Positions 1-9,220 of a stretch of 32,000 nt of DNA are shown here, in pieces. The notes beneath the pieces are model-generated. The model did no database searches. It was not told the DNA's origin and was given only the letters and a program-made list of their open reading frames with translations. Within the stretch, counting starts at the first letter, position 1, and each line of letters starts with the position of its first letter. The DNA comes from Nitrosopumilus maritimus SCM1 (GTDB lineage: Archaea > Thermoproteota > Nitrososphaeria > Nitrososphaerales > Nitrosopumilaceae). Position numbers and translations under genes: made by a program. The DNA is taken from NCBI RefSeq assembly GCF_000018465.1, contig NC_010085.1, forward strand, positions 180,001 through 212,000, read 5' to 3'.

Positions 1-2
1 GG

Positions 3-302
3 ATGATGGGACTAGAAAAATCAACACTTGTTTTCCATGCCCCTGAAAATAACGATTTACCATGGGGATTTGTAGAAGGAAAGATTGCAAATCATGTTGA
101 GGGATATCCAGTTATTATTCAGATTTTCCAAAATAATGATGCTGTTCACTTTGCTCAAACTGATGTAGGAGAAGATGGTACCTACGAATACAAATTCAGA
201 GTTTTACACTCTGAAAACGGTGATACAAAGAAAATCTTTGATGGGGACTATTCTGTAACTATCTTCAAAGTAGTGTATATTTACCAAGAAAATTTTATCT
301 AG
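3..302 (+). CDS. Hypothetical protein, small beta-rich domain; may continue upstream of the window
   Basis: Open frame from the window edge with two adjacent ATGs; the sequence looks like an archaeal extracellular or Ig-like domain (DGDYSVTIFKVVYI). The true start cannot be determined at the edge. Confidence 0.5.
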   Translation: MMGLEKSTLVFHAPENNDLPWGFVEGKIANHVEGYPVIIQIFQNNDAVHFAQTDVGEDGTYEYKFRVLHSENGDTKKIFDGDYSVTIFKVVYIYQENFI

Positions 303-1180
303 AATCCTCTTAATCCTTGAGGACGCATAATTTCTGGATGTTGCTTCATCCATTCTATCTTATCTAACATTTCTTGTTTATCTTGAGGAAATGTACCTTT
401 GATTGTATATGCATTTGAGCCATGGTTTGCTCTAAAAACAATCTCATCTGTGGTATCAATTTGTTCAATCAAACTTTGTAATTCTTCTAATGATTCATCA
501 TCATTAATTCTCACAAATTCCCCTTGGTACTTGTCAAGAAATTCTTGCTTTATTCCATTTTCTAAATAAAGAGTTAATGCACCTACATAATTTGGTGAAC
601 AAGCACTAATTACTTCAGCAGTGCCTTTGATATGTTCTTTAGAATATTTTCTACCTCCCAAACCTAAAATCACCATACATGACATAACATAACCTGCATC
701 TTTTGCTTTGTTGACTGATTTAATGATAGTTTTTCCAATTGCTCCTTTTGTTACTTTTTTTAAAACAATATCTGAACCACTCTCAATTCCCAAATAAAAC
801 ATGTCAAGACCTGCTTCATTCATCTTCTTTAATTCCTCAGAAGTTTTCTTTAGAATATTCATGGGCATTGCATAACAAGAAATTCTTTCAATCTTTGAGA
901 ACTTCTCTCTAATGTATTTTACAATTTTTATCATGTATTCAGAGTCAAGATTTAATGCATCTCCATCTGCAAGAAAAACTCTTCTGGTATCTGGCAAATA
1001 TTTTGCCATCATATCAATTTCTGATTTTACTTCATCCCATGGTCTTTCAGAATATTCTTTTGATCTGTACATATCACAAAATGAACATTCGTTAAATGAA
1101 CAACCTAACGTGACTTGAAAAATTAATGACCTTGCTTCTGAAGGAGGTCTGTATAGTGGTGCATCATAATTTAACATCAT
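299..1180 (-). CDS. Radical SAM protein
   Basis: CX3CX2C-type motif CSFNECSFCDMY near the N-terminus, followed by DGDAL and FYLGIESGSD, typical of radical SAM enzymes. Confidence 0.88.
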   Translation of the reverse strand: MMLNYDAPLYRPPSEARSLIFQVTLGCSFNECSFCDMYRSKEYSERPWDEVKSEIDMMAKYLPDTRRVFLADGDALNLDSEYMIKIVKYIREKFSKIERISCYAMPMNILKKTSEELKKMNEAGLDMFYLGIESGSDIVLKKVTKGAIGKTIIKSVNKAKDAGYVMSCMVILGLGGRKYSKEHIKGTAEVISACSPNYVGALTLYLENGIKQEFLDKYQGEFVRINDDESLEELQSLIEQIDTTDEIVFRANHGSNAYTIKGTFPQDKQEMLDKIEWMKQHPEIMRPQGLRGF

Positions 1181-1279
1181 TTTTATTTCAGCTATTTTTG
1201 GACAATTATGTTTTTTATACTTTGGTTAACTTAACACAAAATACCTTTTAGTGGTAGGCGAGAAGATTTTGCATTCATT

Positions 1280-1582
1280 ATGGCAAATGATCCTGATGCA
1301 AAACGATTACTCTGGTTCATTTTTGCTGGTTCTCGAGGAGGACTGACTAGATTAAAAATTATTTCAAAATTAAAAGAAAACCCACTAAACACTAACCAAT
1401 TGGCAAATGAGCTAGGTCTAGATTACAAAGCGATTCAGCATCATATCAAAGTTCTTGAGAAAAATAATTTGATTACAAAAACAGGTGAAAAATATGGAAT
1501 TATGTTTTTCATTTCTACCTTTCTTGAAGTAAATATGGAGACATTTGATAAAATTGAGGAAAAATTGGATAAAAGTAAATAA
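1280..1582 (+). CDS. Winged-helix (ArsR-like) transcriptional regulator
   Basis: GGLTRLKIISKLKENPLNTNQLANELGLDYKAIQHHIKVLEKNNLITK is a clear wHTH. Confidence 0.85.
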   Translation: MANDPDAKRLLWFIFAGSRGGLTRLKIISKLKENPLNTNQLANELGLDYKAIQHHIKVLEKNNLITKTGEKYGIMFFISTFLEVNMETFDKIEEKLDKSK

Positions 1583-1607
1583 AAGCTCAAGAGGTGTTTT
1601 TCTCTAA

Positions 1608-1892
1608 ATGGAGCCTACATCTCTGATTTTGTCAATTGTCTCAATTATCAATATGGGGATATTGGGAATTTTGATTGCAATATTTGGAAATATGTATGGA
1701 AAAACAAGAGCTCAACTCCCACTTGGAATGATTGTTGTTGCAGCTATGTTGTTTTTGCATAATGTTGTTGGTGCAATGGCTTATTTCTCAATGGAACATC
1801 TATTTTCTAATGAAATATTCCCATACATGTTAGGAGTTGGTGTTGCTGAGTTGGTAGGATTGATAATATTCTTAAAAATCACTTTGGACTAA
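1608..1892 (+). CDS. Small integral membrane protein, about 3 TM
   Basis: Highly hydrophobic 94-aa ORF 26 bp downstream of the wHTH gene on the same strand. Confidence 0.7.
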   Translation: MEPTSLILSIVSIINMGILGILIAIFGNMYGKTRAQLPLGMIVVAAMLFLHNVVGAMAYFSMEHLFSNEIFPYMLGVGVAELVGLIIFLKITLD

Positions 1893-1927
1893 TCTTAGTT
1901 TAATTGTAACAAAATCTGTCAAAACAC

Positions 1928-2371
1928 ATGCTGCAAGAATATCTAAAACTTAACAAGAATATTCTAATTGCTTTTGCTGCATCAATAACAATTTCTGCAG
2001 TTATCGCACAAATTTTATCTGATCAAGCTGACTATCTGAATACAACTTATACAACTATTGCTGATTATGCCATTTACTTTTCTGTTTTTAGTGGACTATT
2101 CTATCTTGATAACCGAAAGAAATACCGTTTAGAAAATGGAGAAACTGATACTATAAAATTAAAACATGATTTAAAAAAATTAATTGCTTCCTTGGGAATT
2201 GCAGAGATCATCTATACAATTGCAAGATGGGCATTACAATATTATCTACTTACAATTAATTATGATCCCTACTTGGCATCAATTATATCTCAAGGAATAT
2301 CTACTATCATTTACATGATAGTTGTAAATCTAAGTGTAAAGATAACGAGGTTGTACAAAGATGGGAATTAG
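1928..2371 (+). CDS. Integral membrane protein, about 4 TM, unknown function
   Basis: 147-aa ORF with four hydrophobic segments; 11-nt overlap with the following RNase H-like ORF. Confidence 0.7.
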   Translation: MLQEYLKLNKNILIAFAASITISAVIAQILSDQADYLNTTYTTIADYAIYFSVFSGLFYLDNRKKYRLENGETDTIKLKHDLKKLIASLGIAEIIYTIARWALQYYLLTINYDPYLASIISQGISTIIYMIVVNLSVKITRLYKDGN

Positions 2372-2717
2372 TATTTTTGTTGATGGTTCAGGAGGTTCAA
2401 ACGGTGGATATGGTTATTTTGTAAAAGAAACAGGGGAATCATTTTATGAAAAAAAACCTGAAATTACCAATAACCAGGCTGAATATCTGGCAATAATTTC
2501 TGCATTAAACAAATTTGTTGATTCTGATGATGAAATTACAATTTACAGTGATTCAAAAAATACTGTAAATCAACTAAATCATGAATTTGCAATAAATAAT
2601 GAACAATTACGTGATCTGGCAAGAGAAGCTTGGAGTATAATTGGAAAATTTTCAAAGTTATCCCTTGTTTGGGTACCTCGAAAAGAAAATCTGGCAGGAA
2701 AAATGCTGGGAAGCTAA
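2361..2717 (+). CDS. Ribonuclease HI-like protein
   Basis: RNase HI motifs FVDGSGGSNGGYG, NNQAEYLAIISAL, IYSDSKNTVNQL and WVPRKEN; the usual terminal Asp motif (ADxL) reads AGKML. Confidence 0.8.
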   Translation: MGISIFVDGSGGSNGGYGYFVKETGESFYEKKPEITNNQAEYLAIISALNKFVDSDDEITIYSDSKNTVNQLNHEFAINNEQLRDLAREAWSIIGKFSKLSLVWVPRKENLAGKMLGS

Positions 2718-2782
2718 ATTTTAGAGATCAGTAATTTCCATGAATAACTTTATTATACAAAATCCTTAGATCCAACTTATCC

Positions 2783-4879
2783 ATGACTGATTCTCCTATT
2801 TTATCACCAAAATCAATTGCAGTAATTGGTGCATCTGATAAGAGAGGAAGTGTTGGTGCTACTATTACATCAAATATTATGAATGGTTTCAAGGGAACAG
2901 TATACCCTATTAGTCCTACAAGAGACACTGTATTTTACAAAAAAGCATACAAGAGTGTTTTAGATGTTCCAAAATCAATTGATCTTGCAGTTATTGTTAT
3001 CAAAAATACACTTGTTACTCCTGTTTTAGAAGAATGTGGAAAGAAGAAAATCAAAGGCGTAATTATCATAACAGCTGGTTTCAAAGAAGTAGATGAAGAA
3101 GGAGCGAAAAGAGAACAACAAGTCATAGACATTGCAAAAAAATACAACATGCAAGTTGTTGGACCTAATTGCCTTGGTGTCATGAATCTTGATTCAAAAA
3201 CAATGATGAATTCTACTTTTCTTAAAGTTACACCAAAGTCTGGAAAAATTGCACTTGTTTCACAAAGCGGAGCAATTTGTGCTGCACTAGTTGAAGATGC
3301 TAGTGCACAAGGAATTGGATTCTCAGCTGTTGTTAGTCTTGGAAACAAAGCTGTAATGAGTGAAGTCGACGTTCTAAAAATTCTTGCAAATCACAAACAA
3401 ACAGAGGTTATTGTAATGTATCTTGAAGATATGGGTGATGGCCAAGAATTCCTCAAAGTTTGTAAAAATATTACTAAAAAACTCAAAAAACCTGTTCTAG
3501 TTCTTAAATCTGGACGCAGTCCTGAAGGTGCAAAAGCCGCAATGTCTCATACTGGAGCCTTAATGGGTTCAGATGAAATCTATGATGCATTACTGAAACA
3601 ATCTGGTGCAATCCGAGTTGATACTATGGAAGAACTATTTGATTATGCAACAGCATTCTCAAAACAACCTTTACCATCTAATGGTGATTTAGTAATTGTA
3701 TCAAATGCTGGTGGACCTGCAATCATTTCTACAGATGCATGTTCAAAGGCAAAAATCAAAATGGCAGATATTACAAGTATAAGAAAGAAAATTGATGAAG
3801 TAATTCCTCCTTGGGGGAGTTCTAGAAATCCTGTTGATATTGTTGGTGATGCTGATTTTAATAGATTCCATAATGTTTTGGACCGTGTCTTAAAACATCC
3901 AAAAGTTGGTTCTGTTATCTCAATGTGTACACCTTCTGGTACGCTGAATTATGATAAACTTGCAGAGGTTATTGTTGAGATGTCAAAAAAATACAAAAAA
4001 ACCATGCTTGCAAGTTTAATGGGATTAGATGAAGGAGTTACTAATAGAGAAATCTTAGCTGACGGAAATGTTCCATATTATACTTATGCAGAAGGTGCTA
4101 TCCGAACTCTTGCTGCTATGATTAGATTCTCTGATTGGGTTAAATCTTCTCCTGGTAAAATTACCAAATTCAAAGTAAACAAAGCAAAGGCCAAAAAAAT
4201 ATTTGATCAAGTTAAAAAAGAAAAAAGACCAAATCTCTTAGAAGAAGAAGGACAAGAAGTTCTCAAAGCATATGGTTTGCCACTTCCTAAAAGTACACTT
4301 GCTAAGAATGAAGCAGAAGCTGTAAAGGCTGCAAAAAAGATTGGTTATCCAGTTGTAATGAAAATTGCATCTCCTCAAATTATTCACAAATCTGATGCAG
4401 GTGGTGTTAAAGTCAATTTAACAAATGATGCTGAAGTAAAAGATGCTTTCAAAACTATTGTAAAGAATGCTAAAAAGTACAACAAGAAAGCCGAGATAAA
4501 GGGTGTTTTGATTGTCGAGATGGTCAAAGGTGGAAAAGAATTGATCATAGGCTCCAAATTAGAACCTGGATTTGGTCCAGTAATTATGCTTGGTATGGGT
4601 GGAATATACGTAGAGGTTCTCAAGGATGTAACATTCAAACTTGCTCCAGTAACTGATAAGGAAGCTGATGATATGATTGCATCAATTAAAACTCAAAAAC
4701 TACTACAAGGAGTTCGAGGTGAGAAACCATCTGATATTGTAAAACTCTCTGAGTGTATTCAGAGATTATCTCAACTAGTTTCTGACTTTAAAGAGATCAA
4801 AGAATTGGACATGAATCCTGTACTTGTCATGGAAAAAGGTAAGGGTTGCAGAATTTTAGATGTCCGAATAGGTCTTTGA
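2783..4879 (+). CDS. ADP-forming acyl-CoA synthetase, probable 4-hydroxybutyryl-CoA synthetase
   Basis: CoA-binding domain (SIAVIGASDKRGSVG), phospho-His loop (AAMSHTGALMGSDE) and ATP-grasp domain (MKIASPQIIHKSDAGGVKV). The substrate is inferred from adjacency to 4-hydroxybutyryl-CoA dehydratase. Confidence 0.87.
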   Translation: MTDSPILSPKSIAVIGASDKRGSVGATITSNIMNGFKGTVYPISPTRDTVFYKKAYKSVLDVPKSIDLAVIVIKNTLVTPVLEECGKKKIKGVIIITAGFKEVDEEGAKREQQVIDIAKKYNMQVVGPNCLGVMNLDSKTMMNSTFLKVTPKSGKIALVSQSGAICAALVEDASAQGIGFSAVVSLGNKAVMSEVDVLKILANHKQTEVIVMYLEDMGDGQEFLKVCKNITKKLKKPVLVLKSGRSPEGAKAAMSHTGALMGSDEIYDALLKQSGAIRVDTMEELFDYATAFSKQPLPSNGDLVIVSNAGGPAIISTDACSKAKIKMADITSIRKKIDEVIPPWGSSRNPVDIVGDADFNRFHNVLDRVLKHPKVGSVISMCTPSGTLNYDKLAEVIVEMSKKYKKTMLASLMGLDEGVTNREILADGNVPYYTYAEGAIRTLAAMIRFSDWVKSSPGKITKFKVNKAKAKKIFDQVKKEKRPNLLEEEGQEVLKAYGLPLPKSTLAKNEAEAVKAAKKIGYPVVMKIASPQIIHKSDAGGVKVNLTNDAEVKDAFKTIVKNAKKYNKKAEIKGVLIVEMVKGGKELIIGSKLEPGFGPVIMLGMGGIYVEVLKDVTFKLAPVTDKEADDMIASIKTQKLLQGVRGEKPSDIVKLSECIQRLSQLVSDFKEIKELDMNPVLVMEKGKGCRILDVRIGL

Positions 4880-4952
4880 TCGCAGTTTATTCGTAAATTT
4901 CTACGCGTACAAATTTAGAATATTTATACAACATGAAGATGATTATTGTTAC

Positions 4953-6479
4953 ATGGCTAATGTCCTAAAGACAATTAGAAGTGGTGATGACTATATTGAA
5001 AGTCTTAGAGGACGTGATCTCAAAGTTTACCTTTTTGGAGAATTAGTCAAAGAGCCTGTAGACCACCCAATGATTAGACCTTCCATTAATGCCGTTGCCG
5101 AAACTTATGATCTTGCATTACGTGAAGAAGCATTAGCTTCTGCTGATTCGTCAATTACTGGACTAAAGGTAAATCGATTTTTACATATTGCAGAAAGTGC
5201 TGAAGACCTTGTTTTACAAAACAAGATGCAAAGAAAATTAGGTCAAAATACTGGAACATGTTTCCAAAGATGTGTTGGAATGGATGCAATGAATTCTTTG
5301 CATTCTACAACTTTTGAAATTGACGAGAAACATGGAACTGATTATCATAAAAGATTCTTAGAATTTGTTAAAATGGTACAACAAGAAAATCTTGTAATTG
5401 GAGGTGCTATGACTGATCCAAAAGGAGATAGAAGCAAAGGACCTTCAGAACAAGATGACCCTGACTTGTTTACAAGAATTGTTGATACTGATGAAAAAGG
5501 AGTCTACGTTTCTGGTGCTAAAGCACATCAAACTGGTTGTATAAACTCTCACTGGATAATTTTGATGCCAACCATTAGATTAACAGAATCTGACAAGGAT
5601 TGGGCCATTGTTGGTGCAATTCCTGCAGATGCAAAAGGTGTCACTTACATTTACGGTAGACAATCGTGTGACACTCGAAGCATGGAAGAAGGTGATATTG
5701 ATGATGGTAATGCAAAATTTGGTGGACAAGAAGCATTAATCATCTTAGATAGAGTATTCATCCCATGGGATAAGGTCTTCATGCATGGTGAATATGAGTT
5801 TGCATCAATGCTTGTAGAACGTTTTACATGTTATCATAGACGCAGCTATGTTTGCAAAACAGGACTTGGAGATGTTTTAATTGGAGCTGCTGCAACAATT
5901 GCAGACTATAACGGAGTTCCTAAAGTTTCACATATCAAAGACAAAATCATTGAGATGACTCATCTTAATGAAACAATATTTGCAGCAGGTATTGCATCTT
6001 CACATCAAGGACAAAAGATGAAATCTGGTGTATATCTTAATGATGATATGCTTGCACAAGTTTGCAAACATAATGTTACTAGATTCCCATATGAGATTAG
6101 CAGATTAGCTCAAGATATTGCAGGAGGATTAGTAGTTACTCTACCATCTGAAAAAGACTTTAGACATCCTGAAGCAGGACCATTACTCAAAAAATACCTT
6201 GCAGGCCGAAAAGGTGTTGATGTGGAAAACAGAATGAGAATTCTTAGATTAATTGAAAACATGACCTTGGGCAGAAATGCAGTTGGATATCTTACTGAAT
6301 CCATGCATGGCGCAGGTTCTCCACAGGCCCAAAGAATACAAATTCAGAGACAAATGCAAGTTGGATACAAAAAGAACCTTGCAAAGAATCTAGCAGGAAT
6401 CACAAATGATGTTGAAGAGCCTAAAGAGTCATCTGAATACTTTAAGCGAGTTTTCAAGACAAAAGATTCTGTACTCTGA
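4953..6479 (+). CDS. abfD: 4-hydroxybutyryl-CoA dehydratase (HpaB/AbfD-type flavoprotein)
   Basis: 508-aa ORF with Cys/His cluster-ligand motifs TCFQRCVGMDAMNSL and CYHRRSYVCKTGLG, plus flavoprotein motif TGAKAHQTGCINSHW. Confidence 0.92.
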   Translation: MANVLKTIRSGDDYIESLRGRDLKVYLFGELVKEPVDHPMIRPSINAVAETYDLALREEALASADSSITGLKVNRFLHIAESAEDLVLQNKMQRKLGQNTGTCFQRCVGMDAMNSLHSTTFEIDEKHGTDYHKRFLEFVKMVQQENLVIGGAMTDPKGDRSKGPSEQDDPDLFTRIVDTDEKGVYVSGAKAHQTGCINSHWIILMPTIRLTESDKDWAIVGAIPADAKGVTYIYGRQSCDTRSMEEGDIDDGNAKFGGQEALIILDRVFIPWDKVFMHGEYEFASMLVERFTCYHRRSYVCKTGLGDVLIGAAATIADYNGVPKVSHIKDKIIEMTHLNETIFAAGIASSHQGQKMKSGVYLNDDMLAQVCKHNVTRFPYEISRLAQDIAGGLVVTLPSEKDFRHPEAGPLLKKYLAGRKGVDVENRMRILRLIENMTLGRNAVGYLTESMHGAGSPQAQRIQIQRQMQVGYKKNLAKNLAGITNDVEEPKESSEYFKRVFKTKDSVL

Positions 6480-6571
6480 TTTTTTACCAATTCATAAACA
6501 ATTCTACTCTTTTGAAACTTAACAATACTTAGGATCCTTTTTTAGTAATTTTCACGTAATTATACTACCAA

Positions 6572-6620
6572 GCAAACAGGACGATCTTGTGTTGTTTAGG
6601 CATAATGTGAACCTGTTTGC
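6572..6620. repeat. 9-bp perfect inverted repeat GCAAACAGG / CCTGTTTGC with a 31-nt spacer, between convergent genes
   Basis: GCAAACAGG at 6572-6580 and its exact reverse complement CCTGTTTGC at 6612-6620. Confidence 0.6.
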
Positions 6621-6633
6621 CTGAAATAAACAA

Positions 6634-7344
6634 CTACTCTTTCTTTTCTTCTTTAGATTCTTCACTATGTTCTGTAGGATCGTCTGATTTTGTCTCAGTC
6701 GATTCGTCATTTTTTTCAACATTGTTTAATTCAGTAGATTCTGAATACTCTGTGTCCTCCTCAATCTTGTCAATGTCTGACAATTCTTCAATTGTGTCAG
6801 GATTTTCTGAATCCATTGGATCTTCAAATGGTAATTCTTTTTCCTCTTTTCTTTTTGCAAATTGTTTGAATATCATTATTCCAATTACAATTGCAATTAT
6901 GACATAGTTGATTGGTGGTTTTAGTAATTGTGTAACATATCCTACTTGTGGAAGTGTATATGCTACTTTTCCAATGTATTCTTCTTCAGTAATTGGAAAG
7001 TCTGTACCTGGAATTGAAGCTGGATTTGCATCTCCTTTTGTTCTAATTGTTCGAGGATCTTCATCTAAGATTGACGCAACTCTATGCACAATTACTCTAT
7101 TATGATCAGAAGGACGATCAAACACGATAATGTCTCCCACTTCTAACTCATTAAACGGCTCATGTCCTGAAACCATCAAGACATCATAAACTTCTAAAGC
7201 TGGAATCATACTTCCACTTGCAACCACATAAAATGGATTAGGCGTTCCAAATGCAATTTGAAGACCAATCCAAATTACCAAAACACCAACGGCAACAATA
7301 ATAATATCTTTGATAACTCCTTTTGAAATAGACTTTTTTCCCAA
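6634..7344 (-). CDS. Signal peptidase I, archaeal/ER type
   Basis: Catalytic Ser box FYVVASGSMIPALEVYDV, His box HNRVIVHRV and DPRTIRTKGDANP motif; N- and C-flanking TM segments followed by an acidic tail. Confidence 0.9.
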   Translation of the reverse strand: MGKKSISKGVIKDIIIVAVGVLVIWIGLQIAFGTPNPFYVVASGSMIPALEVYDVLMVSGHEPFNELEVGDIIVFDRPSDHNRVIVHRVASILDEDPRTIRTKGDANPASIPGTDFPITEEEYIGKVAYTLPQVGYVTQLLKPPINYVIIAIVIGIMIFKQFAKRKEEKELPFEDPMDSENPDTIEELSDIDKIEEDTEYSESTELNNVEKNDESTETKSDDPTEHSEESKEEKKE

Positions 7345-7384
7345 TTACATAATCGCCTTTAGTACCCTTGATTAAATTTACTGG

Positions 7385-8155
7385 CTATTGAAGTGGTGTT
7401 CCACATTCTTCACAGAATTTTGAACCCTCTTTATTTACAAATCCACAACTTGAACATTTTCCTAGAGGTGCACTCTCTTCTGGATTTCCCAATAAGATGA
7501 CTTCGCCCACTTTTTTGATACTTTTCCATGGGATACTGCCTTCACTTCCGTCATTTTGAGTAATTACTAGAACCATTGATTGTGTTGAATCAATTCCAAC
7601 TTGTTTTGCAATTCCAATTTTGTTGGCATTTTCATCATATACTGCTCTGCCTTCGATTGAACTTACTGATGTTGCAGGACTTGGCTGAGTTGCTGTTTCT
7701 TGTGTAGATTGTACTTGAGGTTCTTCAACAGGTTGTGGAACACTTTCTACTGTTGGTTCTTGTGGCGTTTCAACTTGTGGAGCAACTTCTGTCTGTGGTT
7801 CTAATGGTTTTGCATTTCCAACATCTCCTGCTTCGTCTTGTTTTTTGAATTCTCTGTATTCTGCAATTGATGCTTCACATGTATTGCAAATGTATTGTCC
7901 TCTTTCTGCAAGAATTAAATTTTCTGCAACTTCTTCATTTGGATTTTCAAATTCAATTTTTGGAGCTCCTTCAAACTCTTTTTCACAAGTGTTGCAAAAA
8001 TGTTTAGAAATTTTATCAGCATCTAATCTACCAATTGGTGCCAAAAACAGATCTGGACCACCAAGATTACCTTTCATTTGTTGTTCATCTGTTACACGGG
8101 CCATTACATAGCCGCCAGAACCTCTTAATTTTTTAATTCTAAGTTCTGAACTCAT
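7385..8155 (-). CDS. Zinc-ribbon protein with a PRC-barrel-like domain and Pro/Glu-rich linker
   Basis: CNTCEKEF...CNTC pair, Pro/Glu/Thr-rich linker, SIEGRAVYDENANKIGIAKQVGIDSTQSMVLVITQ...IPWKSIKKVGEVILL (PRC-barrel-like), and a terminal zinc ribbon CSSCGFVNKEGSKFCEECGTPLQ. Confidence 0.75.
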   Translation of the reverse strand: MSSELRIKKLRGSGGYVMARVTDEQQMKGNLGGPDLFLAPIGRLDADKISKHFCNTCEKEFEGAPKIEFENPNEEVAENLILAERGQYICNTCEASIAEYREFKKQDEAGDVGNAKPLEPQTEVAPQVETPQEPTVESVPQPVEEPQVQSTQETATQPSPATSVSSIEGRAVYDENANKIGIAKQVGIDSTQSMVLVITQNDGSEGSIPWKSIKKVGEVILLGNPEESAPLGKCSSCGFVNKEGSKFCEECGTPLQ

Positions 8156-8270
8156 AACTGGGATTTATCAAAACGTCATTTAAGTATATATCAGAATCTA
8201 TTTTCCACCAAAAAATATGGTGTAAATTCTGGTGAACGTTTTTAGGTACGAATAACAAATTACCAGTACA

Positions 8271-8597
8271 ATGGGAATTACACAAATTTCAGATGCAAAG
8301 TCTTGGGAAGTTGATGTGATAAACTCTGACCTCCCTGTATTTGTTGACTTTTGGGCCGAATGGTGTGGTCCATGTAGAATGGTAGGTCCAGTAGTTGAAG
8401 AACTGGCAAGTGACTATGATGGCAAAGTAAAATTTGTCAAGGTTAATGTTGATGAGGCTAATGAATTGGCATCAAAATACAATGTCTTTAGTATTCCAAC
8501 CTTAATTCTCCTAAACAAAGGTGAGATAGTTAGCCAGCAAGTAGGTGCTGCTTCTAAAGAATCATACAAAAATATGATTGACAGAGCCCTGGCATAA
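8271..8597 (+). CDS. Thioredoxin
   Basis: PVFVDFWAEWCGPCRMVGPVVEEL...VNVDEANELASKYNVFSIPTLIL, the canonical WCGPC active site. Confidence 0.96.
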   Translation: MGITQISDAKSWEVDVINSDLPVFVDFWAEWCGPCRMVGPVVEELASDYDGKVKFVKVNVDEANELASKYNVFSIPTLILLNKGEIVSQQVGAASKESYKNMIDRALA

Positions 8598-8724
8598 ATT
8601 CTCAAAAAACATATTTTTCTTATTTTTACATTTAATTCCGTATTTTTCTAACAATTTCTAATTTTTTGTTTAATCAAACAAAATTTGATAAATGAATAAA
8701 AACACAACTCCAAGAGTAGTTTAG

Positions 8725-8796
8725 GGGCCGGTGGTTTAGGGGTATAATGCCTCGTTCGCAACGAGGATGTCGAGGGTTCGATTCCCTCCCGGTCCA
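8725..8796 (+). tRNA. tRNA-Ala (anticodon CGC)
   Basis: Acceptor stem GGGCCGG/CCGGTCC with G3:U70 identity pair, anticodon arm CCTCG-TTCGCAA-CGAGG, T-arm GAGGG-TTCGATT-CCCTC, discriminator A, no encoded CCA. Confidence 0.95.
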
Positions 8797-8839
8797 CTTT
8801 TCCAGAAACTATTATACATAAACACGAAATATTATCTTC

Positions 8840-9199
8840 ATGGAAGTATTTGATGGCAAAAAAGCAGCACAAGAATACATGTCAAAACACACTCTGGCCT
8901 TTTCCACTCCAGAACTAACTTTGATGAGATTTGCGTTTTGGTTAGGTGACTCTGTTCCAGATCCAAACAATGACGGAAAAGGTATTCCAAGAATGATGAC
9001 TTTTCTAACAGAACAAGACTTTGAACCTGTTTTGATTGATGACGACAAGTATGAACCATCTGGTGCAGTCAAAAGCTCAGGCTTGATGGGAAATGCTTAC
9101 ACTGAACAAAAAACTGATGGAAAGTTTTGCTCAGAATGTGGTACTAGTCTTTCAGCAACCGCAAAGTTTTGTCCAGAATGTGGAACAACTCAAGAATAA
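8840..9199 (+). CDS. Hypothetical protein with C-terminal zinc ribbon
   Basis: C-terminus KFCSECGTSLSATAKFCPECGTTQE; the N-terminal ~90 aa is not a family I recognise. Confidence 0.75.
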   Translation: MEVFDGKKAAQEYMSKHTLAFSTPELTLMRFAFWLGDSVPDPNNDGKGIPRMMTFLTEQDFEPVLIDDDKYEPSGAVKSSGLMGNAYTEQKTDGKFCSECGTSLSATAKFCPECGTTQE

Positions 9200-9220
9200 T
9201 CTAATTTTTAATTTCTAATT

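Noticed and set aside
2728-2928. 66-aa minus-strand ORF
   Set aside because: Overlaps the start of the acyl-CoA synthetase and has no recognisable motif.
2935-3348. 137-aa minus-strand ORF
   Set aside because: Antisense to the acyl-CoA synthetase; no domain.
6617-6907. Ser-rich plus-strand ORF MPEINNYSFFSSLDSSLCS...
   Set aside because: The Ser-rich composition is the complement of the acidic tail of signal peptidase; a shadow ORF.
8648-9072. Several minus-strand ORFs overlapping the tRNA-Ala and 8840..9199
   Set aside because: They cross a well-formed tRNA gene and a zinc-ribbon ORF on the plus strand. Their text includes VDREGIEPSTSSLRTRH, a typical false translation of a tRNA region.
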